Positions 25,875 to 38,050 of a stretch of 64,000 nt of DNA are shown here, one piece after another; the stretch's first letter is position 1; the number at the start of each line of letters is the position of its first letter. This stretch comes from Raja brachyura (taxonomy: Eukaryota): NCBI GenBank assembly GCA_963514005.1, contig OY740796.1, positions 50,096,001-50,160,000 on the forward strand, written 5' to 3'. The position numbers were made by a program, and so were the translations under genes. A model generated the notes under the pieces. It searched no databases. It worked only from the letters and a program-made list of their open reading frames with translations, and was not told the origin of the DNA.

Positions 25875-26086
25875 GGGCGAAGAGGAGGGGGAGGGAATGC
25901 TGGGAGATGAGGGGGAATGGAGGAGGATAGGTAAAGTGGGATGGCGAGCTGCAGTTGGGGGAGGTTTGCCGTGACTCGCGTCCCAACGGGAACCTGTCAA
26001 CCATGCCGTCGTAGTTGGGGGCTATGGGTCAGTGGTGGAATATTGCCTTGGGGGATGGGCCCCAACGGGTCCGCACCTGGTCTCAT

Positions 26087-26668
26087 CATAGATAACAGGT
26101 GCAGGAGTAGGCCATTCGGCCCTTTGAGCCTGCACCGCCATTCAATATGATCATGGCTGATCATCCAAATCAGTATCCTGTACCTGCCTTCTCTCCATAC
26201 CCCCTGATCCCTTTAGCCACAAGGGCCACATCTAACTCCCTCTTAAATATAGCCAATAAACTGGCCTCAACTGTCTTCTGTGGCAGAGAATTCCACAGAC
26301 TCACCACTCTCCGTGTGAAAAATGATCTTCTCATCTCGGTCCTAAATGACTACCCCCTTATCCATAAACTGTGACCCCTTGTTCTGGAGTTCCCCAACAT
26401 CGGGAACAATCTTCCTGCATCTAGCCTGTCCAACCACTTAAGAATTTTGTAAATCTCTATAAGATCCCCCCTCAATCTCCTAAATTCCAGCGAGTGCAAG
26501 CAGAGTCTATCCAGTGTTTCTTCATATGGAAGTCCTGACATCCCAGGAATCAGTCTGGTGAACCTTCTCTGTACACCCTCTATGGCAAGAATGTCGTTCC
26601 TCAGATTAGGAGACCAAAACTGTATTCAATACTCCAGGTGTGGCCCCACCAAGACCCTGTACAACTGT
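26087..26668 (-). mobile_element. CR1 3' fragment
   Basis: Same family as 14178 and 24231. Confidence 0.9.
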
Positions 26669-29600
26669 ACAATTTTAATGGACTCTAAAATCTTACCAAC
26701 CAGACTATAGTTCCCACTATTCTGCTTTGCTCCCTTGTACAATGGGATAATATTGGCAATTGGGGTAAGAGGGGCAGCATGCATATATGTTATGTCCCTG
26801 TTGCTTACAAATTCCTTTGGTCAGTGTTCCAAACTGAAATTCCAAAACATTTTTTTTTCACATTTAGCATGCACATTGGCACGTACTGTCAATTGGGAAA
26901 TAAAATATTTTAAATGGGAATATCAAGCCCAAATCTCTGTGCAAATAGACAAGGAGAATTATATATTCAGATCTGCAGCAAATTATAAATATAATTACAA
27001 AATTAATATAGCCACAGTGTTTGGTCAACTGAAAATTGTCTGTACTTGCAACCTGGCCACTTCTAGCTCATAAAATGTTTCTCAAATCATGCATTACTGA
27101 TTTCTGTTTCTAATGTCTATCTCGAAGCTCGTCCAAAATATTCTTCCCATATGGTCAAGTAACAAAAGAAATTACTAGTTCTCCGAAGTGACATTTTGCA
27201 CACCCGACACACAGGAGAATTAAAACCAATAAACCATCTGGATCACTTGCATTTAACCTCCAACAGAAAATAAAGGTTGATTTTGGCATGGGAATATAAA
27301 TACGGGAGCATAAAAGGTGTGGACAAAGACCAGGTTAACAACAGTCTTATGAGATATAGATTATCTACAACATGGGCCACAAAGCATTTGAAAAGTACCA
27401 CCAATACTGCCCCCAGCAAAATCCTCTGCCAGATTTATGAATCAATGTCAGTAGCCTCTTTCAGGCTAACATTGCGACTCTATTAAACACAGTGGACCCG
27501 ATTGCTGGGCCATATTATTTACGTGCCTGAGATCAGATCTCTGAACTGGTACTCTACTTTGAACTCCATCACAGTAGATTATTAGGTTCAACGATTCAAG
27601 AATATTCTCAAAGTCCTCATGAGAAAATCTCACTAACTCATGGGAATGTCTGTCCTACAAATACTTAGAATGCAAACGAATCATCCAGAATGGGAAATAT
27701 CTCAAGTTCCATCACTGGGTGTGTGCAGAAGTCTCACGTAAATAATGGATTGAACACACCACTGCCCATATTACGTACTTGCCTGCTCTGTAGATACTTC
27801 CTGGACCACCTGTGTCAAAGTTTGCTGATCAATCAATTAGCCTCATCAATCACTTTAGGATTCAGAACAATATTGGGAGCAAATCATCTTTGAATGTGAG
27901 GAACTTAAGAAGACTACCATTAACTTAGTCATGTCTAGTTACTACTACATTTTATGATACAAAATCAGTTACAGTAGCAAAAGTGCACTGCAACAATGAA
28001 TAAACAAGATAAATCTTTCATCGCTTCGGGGTGTTGTTGCTTGTATGCTTTAGAAATTGTATAGTAGTTTATTTAAACAGGTAAATGAACAGGAAAGGTT
28101 TAGAGGGATATCGGGCAAATGCAGGAAAATTATATTAGCCTAACTGCGCAAGTGGTTGACATAGACACGTTTGACTAGAAATAATATTTCCGTGCTGCAC
28201 AACTGAATCTGTGAGTGGACAGTTCTAGTGAATTCTTCAGGTTTTTCCTGACTCTTGCAAACAAATAAAAAGTATTCATCATTTTTCATGAAACACAAAA
28301 TGAAGTGCAATGGTGTAGGATTATCTTATTTTGCAAAAATAGCAGTAGTCACAAATCTGAATTGTGACCAACTATAAAACAAGATTGCTTATTTTGTTCT
28401 GTATGACTAAAATAGCAATCTTGTCATGAATACAACATTGTTTCCTTAGATTAAAACAATCACCAGAAAAGGGAATTAGACTGTGACAGCATAGGTTTTA
28501 TATAATTTGCTAATCTTTAAATATATTAAAACAATAATGTTCCAATATTCTCATTCACCAATGTCCGTAAGTAAGCTTCATTTCAAGTCACCAGATAATT
28601 AGAAGCTATATCAGTCTTTAAAATGGTGAATAAAAGTTTATAAAAAAGCACAATGAGCTGCAATGGAGCTTCCATTACCATCATAATGGAGGCATTCCCC
28701 CCTGCTGGTTGGTAATGAAATTGTTGGACAATCAAACAGGAATATATTTCGCTATTACATCGTACAGCAGGCACAGCAATTCAAATAAATTGCAATCTAA
28801 CATGTTTCTTTTTTGGGGGTGTGGGTGCGAAATCTAATTATGAAGATGCTGTACTGTACAATAATTTAAAAGAAGAATGTAACAGTCTGCAACAGAATGT
28901 GAAGTCCTTTGCACATGTTAATTGCACTATGGCCAAACAATTAAAAAACATTCTTACAATCTTCCTGAGGGGGAATTTTCTTTATGATAACTATTTTGGG
29001 AAAAAAGTGTATTTGCAAAATTTTAGAGGTAATTTTAATGTATTTCTTAGATGACAGAACACTTGATATTTATATGCACACTGAAAACAAATTTGTTTCA
29101 TACTGTCAACTTTGCACAAAACATTTTAACCGTTGATTATACATTTTCATCTCCCAGATGGAAGGCAGTTGGAAATGAAGATCAGATCTTTGATTATTTA
29201 GCGAATTCCTGTTTGTTTTACTGTTCTCTGAAACAATCGTAATAGTACAGTAACACAGTTCAATACATTTTCATTCTCCCAAAGGGGTTCCACAAAGTTT
29301 CAAATTAGCCTTTATCCTACTAGCACACTAATCTCCAAATGTGAAATCTGATCGTATTTCACAACCCACCAATGACACAATGAAAAAGAAGGCCCCTACA
29401 GATGTTTGGAGACCATACATAAAATAATTCATCTTTTTTGTAACAAAAGCAATCATTTTTATCTCTCACGGGCTAATCGTCATACTTTCAATACTACAAA
29501 GTGCACCACCTACAGGAAGAGTAAGGAAATAGACGGTACATCTACAGCAATAGTTTAGATCAATCAATCAGCTGTACTGACAACTCCGGGTACTTGTCCT

Positions 29601-30244
29601 CCCATGACAACCACTAACCTTAGTTCCAATCAGCCAGGAATTTAATAATGCACCAGAATTCCAACTATTTTGTGCATTGAGTGCTTACATTCCGTTTGTT
29701 ACACCAATTTCTGGATCAGGTTTGAAACTTTCAAATTAGAAAAAAACCATTAGGTCATGGTTTCCTCAGTGCTCACTTGAAAAAATTTTCTAATCCATAC
29801 TTTAGAATAACGCAGCAATAAGCATCATTCACATTGCACCAAAGTAACAGGATATTCCGGCTTTTAAGAACATTTCATCAAATACTGGTACCACCCAGTT
29901 AAATGCAGGTCCATTTATTTACTCAAAGGAAACTGACCTACGCCCATGCCCAATAATTTCCTGCAGCACTTCAGATTTCGGAGTATCTACTTTGGTGCTC
30001 AACTATCCCATGCCCAACTTATTTTATTTTAAACTGTTTAGATAAGTGTCCAGACTAGACCATTGATTTTTTTCATTACTTAACTTTTTTGGATCGATTC
30101 CAATACCATTAGAATATGTTCAAAATTAAAAACCAAATCGAAATAAGTAATTCCTCTTATGCGTAACATTTAAATACATCACACTGAGCCAGAAACTGAA
30201 ATTGCTGGGCATCCAAAACTGACTCCCATTTATTTAATTTATTG

Positions 30245-30378
30245 GGGTGGGAAATTGCAACCTTCACGTGGTCCATCCTGTTTCGACTAATGCAATCAAT
30301 GTCAATCAAGGCGTGCACAAACAAATAGATCAAATGGAACAAGTTGACTTACAACTTTAGGCTGTGCAAGAAGAAGAC
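30245..30378 (+). mobile_element. Short retroposon 3' end with (GAA)n tail, unclassified
   Basis: Compositionally distinct block ending CAAGAAGAAGA. Confidence 0.4.
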
Positions 30379-30984
30379 AACTTAATTTACTTTTGCATCA
30401 ATCACCGCAATAATTATTGTCTAGAAAATGGCTTAAAGTGGAGATGAGGCAATATCTCATCTGGGACGCGAGAGAACAAAGCAGCCTATGAGGTATCACC
30501 TTAAACAATAACATAAATGAGGAAATAATTGCAAGCAGACTTGGAGGTGAAGTAAAGATTACGAATTAAATGTAGAAAATAAAACTGAGAAGGAAAGATA
30601 ATAAATTTAGAGAGAATAAAATTACATTTTGAAACACTAAACCTTAAGGACTAAGATGCGAGTGTTGTAATAGGGGCCCCTGGGTTGGTTCATTTCATAG
30701 CATCATGAGAAAGATATACTACAAAAAGTTGACTTTCTGTGGTGTACTTCATCAGCAAATGCAGCACTTTCCTGAGGCTCCCTAAAATATTTTGATTATG
30801 AAGTAAACAAAAGGAATTTGTTTGTAAATATCAGAAACACATTTGTATCTGATATCTAAAATACTTTAATATTTATAAAGCAAATTCTTCTGCCTTATCT
30901 CTACATTCTACTGTTGAAATTACATGTATATTTTTACTTGGTGGAAGTGTGAAATATAAAACTCGGTTTATTTTTCACAATTGT

Positions 30985-31045
30985 GTTACATGCCAAAGCC
31001 AACGAATTACTTTTGAAACGTAGTCACTGTTGTTGTGCAAGAATT
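30985..31045 (-). mobile_element. DeuSINE (SacSINE1/AmnSINE-like) remnant
   Basis: AGCCAACGAATTACTTTTGAAACGTAGTCACTGTTG matches my recollection of the reverse complement of the Deu-domain 3' region. Confidence 0.5.
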
Positions 31046-32599
31046 TGTAAGAAACATTTCTAGTCAGTACATTCATTTCTATATTGATTTTCAGAAGTAA
31101 ATTAAAGGCATGTGTAGAAGGGTTAGATTACTAAATTGAACATGGTTTTGGCTGAGCAATTCAATTTCTACACATTTTTAATTGTGAACTTAATGAATAG
31201 TATTTTTTTTGATCTGTTCATTTACAAATTCTACCACTCATATTTATTCAATATCTTGGCGTTGCTTTCCCCTGTGCATTCCCACATGCTCTATTTTAAC
31301 TGATATCAAAACATTAGTATCAAAGCCAATCGATGTAGACCAATTTGTTAATCAAAAGAGACTGCAAGCAAGTCTCTTGGACTACCTTTTTGAACTATGT
31401 AAAGACAATACTTATTCATAACATATGTATGGAGAGCATTTTTTGTATAAATGCAAGCTATTTTTATGCATTACACTGGAACAAATAAGGTAGAACTTTA
31501 TAGAACATGAAGAACTTGTGATTGAAGCAGCCAGACTATTGTGAAGAAAAATGTCTTCACTCTTTTATATACAACAGTGTGTATCTTAGTGACACAAAAC
31601 CTCAAAAGGCATTTTGATCTATTTTAAGCAGTGCAAAAATTATTTGAAAAAATGACCTTTTTTTTCTAAACACGCAAACTGAATTATAATGTAATGTGCT
31701 CTTTTCCGATACAGCTTGGATTTTTTTTAACCTCTGAGTAGATCCACATAGTTCAGCCTATTTCTACTCCAAAATACTTTTCAGATTATGATATTCAAGC
31801 ATAGTTGGTAAACTAGGCTTTCCTTATTGTTTTACTCTGATTATATATTTAGTCAAAACAAATGCATTGCTTTTGCTTAAATATAATACTGTAAACTTGC
31901 CTTTTCATATTTATTTAGTTATACAAAATGACTTAAAATCAAAGCTACTTACATATACTTATCTTAAAATGTGGGTGGACTATTTGTAAATAAACTTCCA
32001 AACAAATTGAGAAAATAGACAGTCTGTCATGGCAGCAAGAGTAGTCATTGTTATTCACTACAAAAGTGGGTTTCTGACAGTCATGTAGTGCTTATCTCTC
32101 TTAATAAGTATTTTTCTTTCCCCCAAAAAAAGGATGAATTAGCATCTAGGGACAAAAGAACAGATTGATTACGTCAGTAAAATTATTTCAGATTGGAATA
32201 AAATACTGAACTACTCACTAGTTAGAAGACATATTTTCAGACACCACTGAGAAAGTTACTTGATCATAGAAAAATAAATGAACAGTTCAGGCCGAGCACT
32301 CATTTTCAGATTGTCATGCTTCAGCAACATGGGAGTCTATATTTTTTGCTATAAGTTTTAATGTTCAGAATTCTAGGACAAGTAATGTTGCTGGTTAGGG
32401 CGGCGGTAGCGTTGCACTGCTTTGTAACTTAAAAATCACACACAGTGCAATAGATCTGAAGGTGCCGTTATTATGCTGTACTGTTCAGTGTTGTGACTGA
32501 TAGTTTAAGCCAGCTACTTGAATATCCGAAATCCTTCCAAATTGATAATGCAAGATTGTTTTGTACAGGTACTTTTATTTGGCTATTTTTTTCCTGATT

Positions 32600-33150
32600 A
32601 TTCTTCAGAGACAGTCCCTCGAGGTTGAGGATAACTTGCATCCACTCTGATTTTGTTGGGCCCAGGTGGTTAATGAGGTATATGCGGAAACTTCCACATA
32701 TGGAGCAGGTGATTGACAGAGCAGCCCAGTTTCTGAGCAGGTCCACTCCTTTCACACGGTGTCTGTTGCTCCTTACTCATGGCCTTGGGGTTCTCAATAC
32801 TATTTCTGATGCTCCTTCTCTGAACGGGCGCAGGCCAGAGATTCCCAGGAGTCAGAAGAGATGTTGCATATTTTCAAGAAGCTTTAAGCTTATCTTTAAA
32901 TTTTTTATAGATATAAAATGCAGGAGTAACTCCGCAGGACAGTATCTCTGAAGAGAAGGACGTTACAGGTCAAAACCTTTCTTCAGACCCGACCCAACGT
33001 CTCCACCCAAAACGGCTATCTTCGGTGAAAACCAGCAACTGCTGTTTGTTCCTACTCACTGAATCTTTTTCTCAGTTGACCTGGTAAACTCCTCCCATGA
33101 CAGAGCTCAGAATAGAGAGACTGTTTCAGGAGTCTGGTTGTGACTATAGT
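32600..33150 (-). mobile_element. Old RTE-like fragment interrupted by an eroded hairpin element (about 32905-33058)
   Basis: CAGTCCCTCGAGGTTGAGGATAACTTGC tail-like end. The inserted block contains GGAGTAACTC...CTTTCTTCAGAC...TTCCTAC. Confidence 0.5.
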
Positions 33151-33589
33151 CTTAACAAACACATATCTTTCCTGAATGCGAGTTGGAGCGAAACAGCAAG
33201 TTATTAAGTTTTAAAAACAGCAAAATATCATCCAAATCAGAAACATCCAAATCTCAACATGTATAGTTATCAATGTGATTTTTATTATTTTTTAATTTTT
33301 TAGATGTGATCAGATTGCCGTTCCTCCATTAAAATAAAATGACTGACAAAATGCCTTTACACAACCTATTTAAAAATGACATCCTTTTTAAACAGAAGCA
33401 TAAGCAGCTGTCACCGAATTCAGTTACATCCAGCTTGCTTCCGACATGCAAAAGCAGCCTTCCTGACACAATGTCCCCTTCATTGAGCGCTTCTAATGAC
33501 TTCAAACGCCTGAGGAAGGAGTACTTCAAAGCAATTCCTGTGTGTCTGTATTATGTCTCCTAGCAGAAGTGTTGACCACACTTTTTATA

Positions 33590-35196
33590 CAGTGCCCTCC
33601 ATAAATGTTCAGGACAAAGACCCATCATTTATTTATTTGCCTCTGTACTCCACAATTTGAGATTTGTAATAGAGAGAAAAAAAATCACATGTGGTTAAAG
33701 TGCACAGTGTCAGATTTTATTAAAGGGCATTTTTATACATTTTGGTTTCACCATGTAGAAATTACAGCTGTTTTGATACATAGTCCCTCCATTTCAGGGC
33801 AGCATAACGTTTGGGACACATGGCTTCACAGGCGTTTGTAATTGCTCAAGTGTGTTTAATTGCCTCCTTAATGCAGGTATCAGAGGGCGCTCAGCACCTA
33901 GTCTTTCCATCACCTTTGGAAACTTGTACTGCTGTTTATCAACATGAGGACTAAAGTTGTGCCAATGAAAGTCAAAGAAGCCATTATGAGACTAAGAAAC
34001 AAGAATAAAACTGTTAGAAACAGCAGCCAAACAGGCTTACCAAAATCAACTGTTTGGAACATCATTAAGAAGAAAGCGAGCACTGTTGAGCTTACTAATC
34101 GCAAAGGGACTGGCAGGTCAAGAAAGACCTCCACAGCTGATGACAGAAGAATTCTCTCTATAATAAATAATCTCCAAACACCTGTCCGACAGATCAGAAA
34201 CACTCTTCAGGAGTCAGGTCTGGATTTGTCGATGACCACTGTCCGCAGACGACTTCATAAACAGAAATACAGAGACTACACTGCAAGACGCAAACCACTG
34301 GTTAGCTGCAAAAATAGGATGGCCAGGTTACACTTTGCCAAGAAGTACTTAAAGAGCAACCATAGTTCTGGAAAAAGGTCTTGTGGACAGATGAGATGAA
34401 GATTAACATATATCAGAGTGATAGCAAGAGCAAAGTATGGAGGAGAGAAGGAACTGCCCAAAATCCAAAGAATAGCATTTCATCTGTGAAACATGGCCAG
34501 GGCTTGTATGGCTGCTGAAGGAACTTGCTCACTTCTCTTCATTGATGATACAACTGCTGGTGGTAGTAGCATAATGAATTCTGACGTGTTAAGACACATC
34601 CTATCTGCTCAAGTTCAAACAAATGCCTCAAAACTCATTGGATGGTGGTTCATTCTACAGCAAGACAATTATCCGAAACATACTGCTAAAGCAACAAAAG
34701 AGCTTTTCAAAGGTAAAAAATGGTAAATTCTTGAGTGGCCAAGTCAATCGCCCAATCTGAACCCAATTGGTCGTGACTTTTATTTGCTGAAGAGAAAACT
34801 GAAGGGGACTAGCCCCCAAAACAAGCATAAGGTAAAGATGGCTGCAATACAGGCCTGGCAGAACATCACCAGAGAAGACACCCAGCAACTGGTGATGTCC
34901 ATGAATTGCAGACTCCAAGCAATCATTGCACACAAAGGATATGCAACAAAATACCAAACATGACTACTTTCATTTACATGACTTTGCTGTGTCTCAGAAA
35001 CAGGGGGACTATGCATAAACACTGCTGTAATTTCTACATGGTTAAACCGAAATGTATAAAAATGGCCTTTATTAAAATCTGACAAAGTGCACTTTAACCA
35101 CATGTGATTTTTTTCTATTACAAATCTCAAAATGTGGAGTACAGAGGCAAATAAATAAATGATGGGTTTTTGTCCCAAACATCATGGGGGGTACTG
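33590..35196 (+). mobile_element. Full-length decayed Tc1 transposon (long TIRs)
   Basis: TA|CAGTGCCCTCCATA ... ATGGGGGGTACTG|TA with TIRs of about 210 bp. Transposase remnants at 33944-34960: HTH, GRSRK, WTDE, ILQQDNYPKH, WPSQSPNLNPI. Confidence 0.95.
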
Positions 35197-37489
35197 TATA
35201 CGCCCACTTTCATGAACCATACTAAGTGAATCCCAACAAACAAGATTACTAGCGAGTTCGTACATTCATGCTGAGAGAGATAATGCAGCCCACAAATTGC
35301 ATCTTTTGTCCCATAATTTGGTCTCTCGTGGGTCCGAACCACTTGAAGGAAAGAAACGAACCAATGAAAACCGGAAATGGCTGGCAAAGTTTTTCTTCCA
35401 TTTGAAATCATCGCAACCGATTGTTTGAGATGCAACTATGTGTATCGTAGGTTTATTCCAGCAACTAATTATTAATATTTACAAATTAGTAAACCATTGA
35501 GATGGGCATCTTAGTCAGTTCCGATATGAAGATTCCCTGTTCCGGAACGTTGAGACGTCGCTGCGTTAAGGTAGCGATAAAAAATAACTTTATTTACGGT
35601 GCAATATTGCTTCCCTATTGACTGAAACAATGTTAGCGTTTGGATTAAAGCAAACGGATGTGAATGTCTGAAATGTCAATTGTAAAAGACTAATTAGTAA
35701 TAAAAAATGACTCGGCAGATCCCACTTGTTTGGGGACTCCGTTGCAATTTGATGTGGGATCCGTGCAGCAGTTAGGGGATGCCGACTATTTTGTTTGCAA
35801 ATGCCAAGAAAATGCGGAAGGGCATCAGGAAAAAATTGAAAGCTCGGTGAATGAAAGCCTTCGGGGCTGAAAGCTCGGTGAATGAAAGCCTTCGATGCTT
35901 AACATCGTACGGAAAAGGAAACGACTCCAGCGGCTGTATGATGTGGGCGCTGTTGTATTCCTAGAACATCAATCTTCCATTAAGGATGGAGACGACTCTC
36001 CGATCTCCTCCTGCGATATATTCAATACCCTTTTACTAATCTATTGCTAATCGCAATTATTCCTGACAAGCCACGTCAGTGTGTTAAGATGCAAATGCAG
36101 TTTAGAGAATACAGTTCCCTCCTGGACTCAACATCTCCGGGGCCACGTTACCTCCACGATTTTTGCTTTCCCTGCACAGAAACTTTATTTTGACAGCGCT
36201 GTGGACTGCGGCACCAAGAGTGCAGCTGAATTCAATTTCTTGCCAATTCCATCGCTCAGAAAAGAATACTGTACTAAATCAAGATCACCAATAGGATCTA
36301 CGTATCATTATTAAAAGGACAAAGGCGTGTTTCTGTATCGCACACAAAGACTTTTCTGACAGCATTATTAATTGTTCATTCCTAAAATATACAGACGATA
36401 ATTTGAGAAATAAAATTAAAAGAGCTGTCGGAAACAGATGGATCACTCTCGGTAGTGTAAACGGAGTCTATATGCATTTTTAAACGGCCGCCTTTTCGCT
36501 ATGTGACTGTCGTATAATAAGGTCTTAAGTCAACAGACAATCCACTGCCAAACAATCGACCCCCACCATACTTTGCCGCAAACACGCGGCTCAAGTTATG
36601 CCAAGGTTCATCAGGATCAATCAATCACAACTCACAGCACTGTCAAATCAAGCCCATATCAGACCTTGTTCCACTAATGCGCCTGGTTGCCGGCCTTCTT
36701 AATGTAATTACAGTACAATACAGCACATCTGCCCAAGGGTTCAGCCAGATTCCCCAGGCTCCCAAGTCAAGCCACAATCATTGCACAACCCAAGGCTGGA
36801 TATATGCTTTCCATTTCTATTTTGCAATAGGTGTTTCATGAAAATCAGGTCGTTTTTTTAATCAATGTAGATTGCATGGAAATTCCAAACTGCGTCCGGT
36901 TTTGCCAAGATAACTGACAGCCCATATATAACCATTGGACTTCTCAGAATTTTTAGGACTGTGGGAATCTGACCGTACAGTCAAGGTCAGCCAAGAGTGA
37001 ATGGGCAATCAATGAAAAGACTTATTTTGTTCCCAAACCGGCTTGGATAGCTGAAACCCCCCCCCCCCCCCCCCCTGCCGGCTGTTGATCTTTCAGCCTT
37101 TTGGAGACCCGGGCGAATAAACGCATCAGAACATTGATATCGTTATGAAAGAGGATCGCAAGTATTTCCACTTTACCCCTGCTCTGAATTCCGCTTACGC
37201 TGGCACTGCACCAAAAGGAGGGTTTAACCGCTTTGCAATAGTGAAATCTGCAGCATGCATGCATTGAAACACAACATAAATCTCAGCATCTGAATTTATC
37301 TTTGCAACATCTCGGGCTTTTGGAACCAGGCGGAACCAGCAATCCAGCCGTGTGCCAAATCAGCACCCTTCCGCTCCAGACACAAATGCTTTGCTTCTAA
37401 GATTTTTTTTTCCAAACGCGAAACATTCTTAATTTACAAAACACTGCATACGGCTGAAATACAAACAAGTCATTAGTTTGCAAACTTAC

Positions 37490-37571
37490 TGGGTAGAGAA
37501 TCGGCGAATAAAAACCTGCAGACTGTGTAGCAGAAGAAAAGCACAAAGCCCCGTTCCAGTAGCCCCTGCAT
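37490..37571 (-). CDS. PTPRG: First coding exon (signal peptide) of a receptor-type tyrosine-protein phosphatase gamma-like gene
   Basis: The ATG at 37571 reads MQGLLERGFVLFFCYTVCRFLFADSLP plus 1 nt (82 nt, phase 1), followed by CCCA|GTAAGT. The peptide is hydrophobic, signal-peptide-like and sits in a CpG island. It aligns by eye with the human PTPRG N-terminus as I recall it ([28 protein letters not shown], phase-1 intron). The upstream UTR motif TATTCAACAAGTT...GATGTGC also matches my memory of PTPRG mRNA. Confidence 0.8.
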
Positions 37572-38050
37572 GACAAATGCACATCCAAACACAACTTGTT
37601 GAATAGTTTTACTGTCGGGGGGGAAAAAAGGGAAAGGGGAGGGGGTGGGGTGGGGGGGAGGAAAGTCCACGGTTTCACAGGAGGGCCTGGACAAGGTACT
37701 TCAGCTGTGGGCTGGCGAGGAGGTTTTTCCCTTCTCCGAAAAGTGCTCGAGCGGTACAAGGTGAGGAGAGCTGACGACGTGTAGGAACCATTTAATCCCG
37801 AAGCGTGTTAGCGCTGTTCTGCCCCCGGGGCGAGAGTGGAGTCAGTCCATCAGCAGCGGAGCGGTGAGCAGAAGCAGCTGGCGGAGAAGGAGAAAGGGAA
37901 GGGGAATCGCGGCGGAGCTGGAGGCTTTCCATTCTCCGGGAACAGGAAGTACCATGTGCGCCTCGGGCCACTTCAAAAGGCGGCGTGAACCCCCGCTCCC
38001 CCCCCCTCTTCTACCTCTTCCCTTTCCCTTCGCTTTCCCTCCCCTCGCCG
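37572..38050 (-). other. PTPRG: GC-rich 5' UTR of the PTPRG-like gene with several uORFs; TSS not exactly placeable
   Basis: Continuous with the coding exon. Upstream ATGs lie at 37955, 37932, 37850, about 37792 and 37584. Confidence 0.6.

Larger units (their letters stand above)
23894..26085 (+). mobile_element. Tandem non-autonomous Helitron-like elements (3' fragment 23894-24018 plus a unit at 24016-26085) with nested CR1 and Rex1
   Basis: 5' end TCTATATTATATATTACTAAAAC at 24016. Two similar 3' ends GTGGTGGAATATTG...AA(T/C)GGGTCC..CAC..(A/G)GTCT at about 24018 and 26083. No TIRs. Confidence 0.6.

Noticed and set aside
1-37480. PTPRG exon 2 and later exons
   Set aside because: I found no segment resembling the RRRKASGDPYW or carbonic-anhydrase-like exons by eye. 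They probably lie beyond the window start, though a short exon could have been missed.
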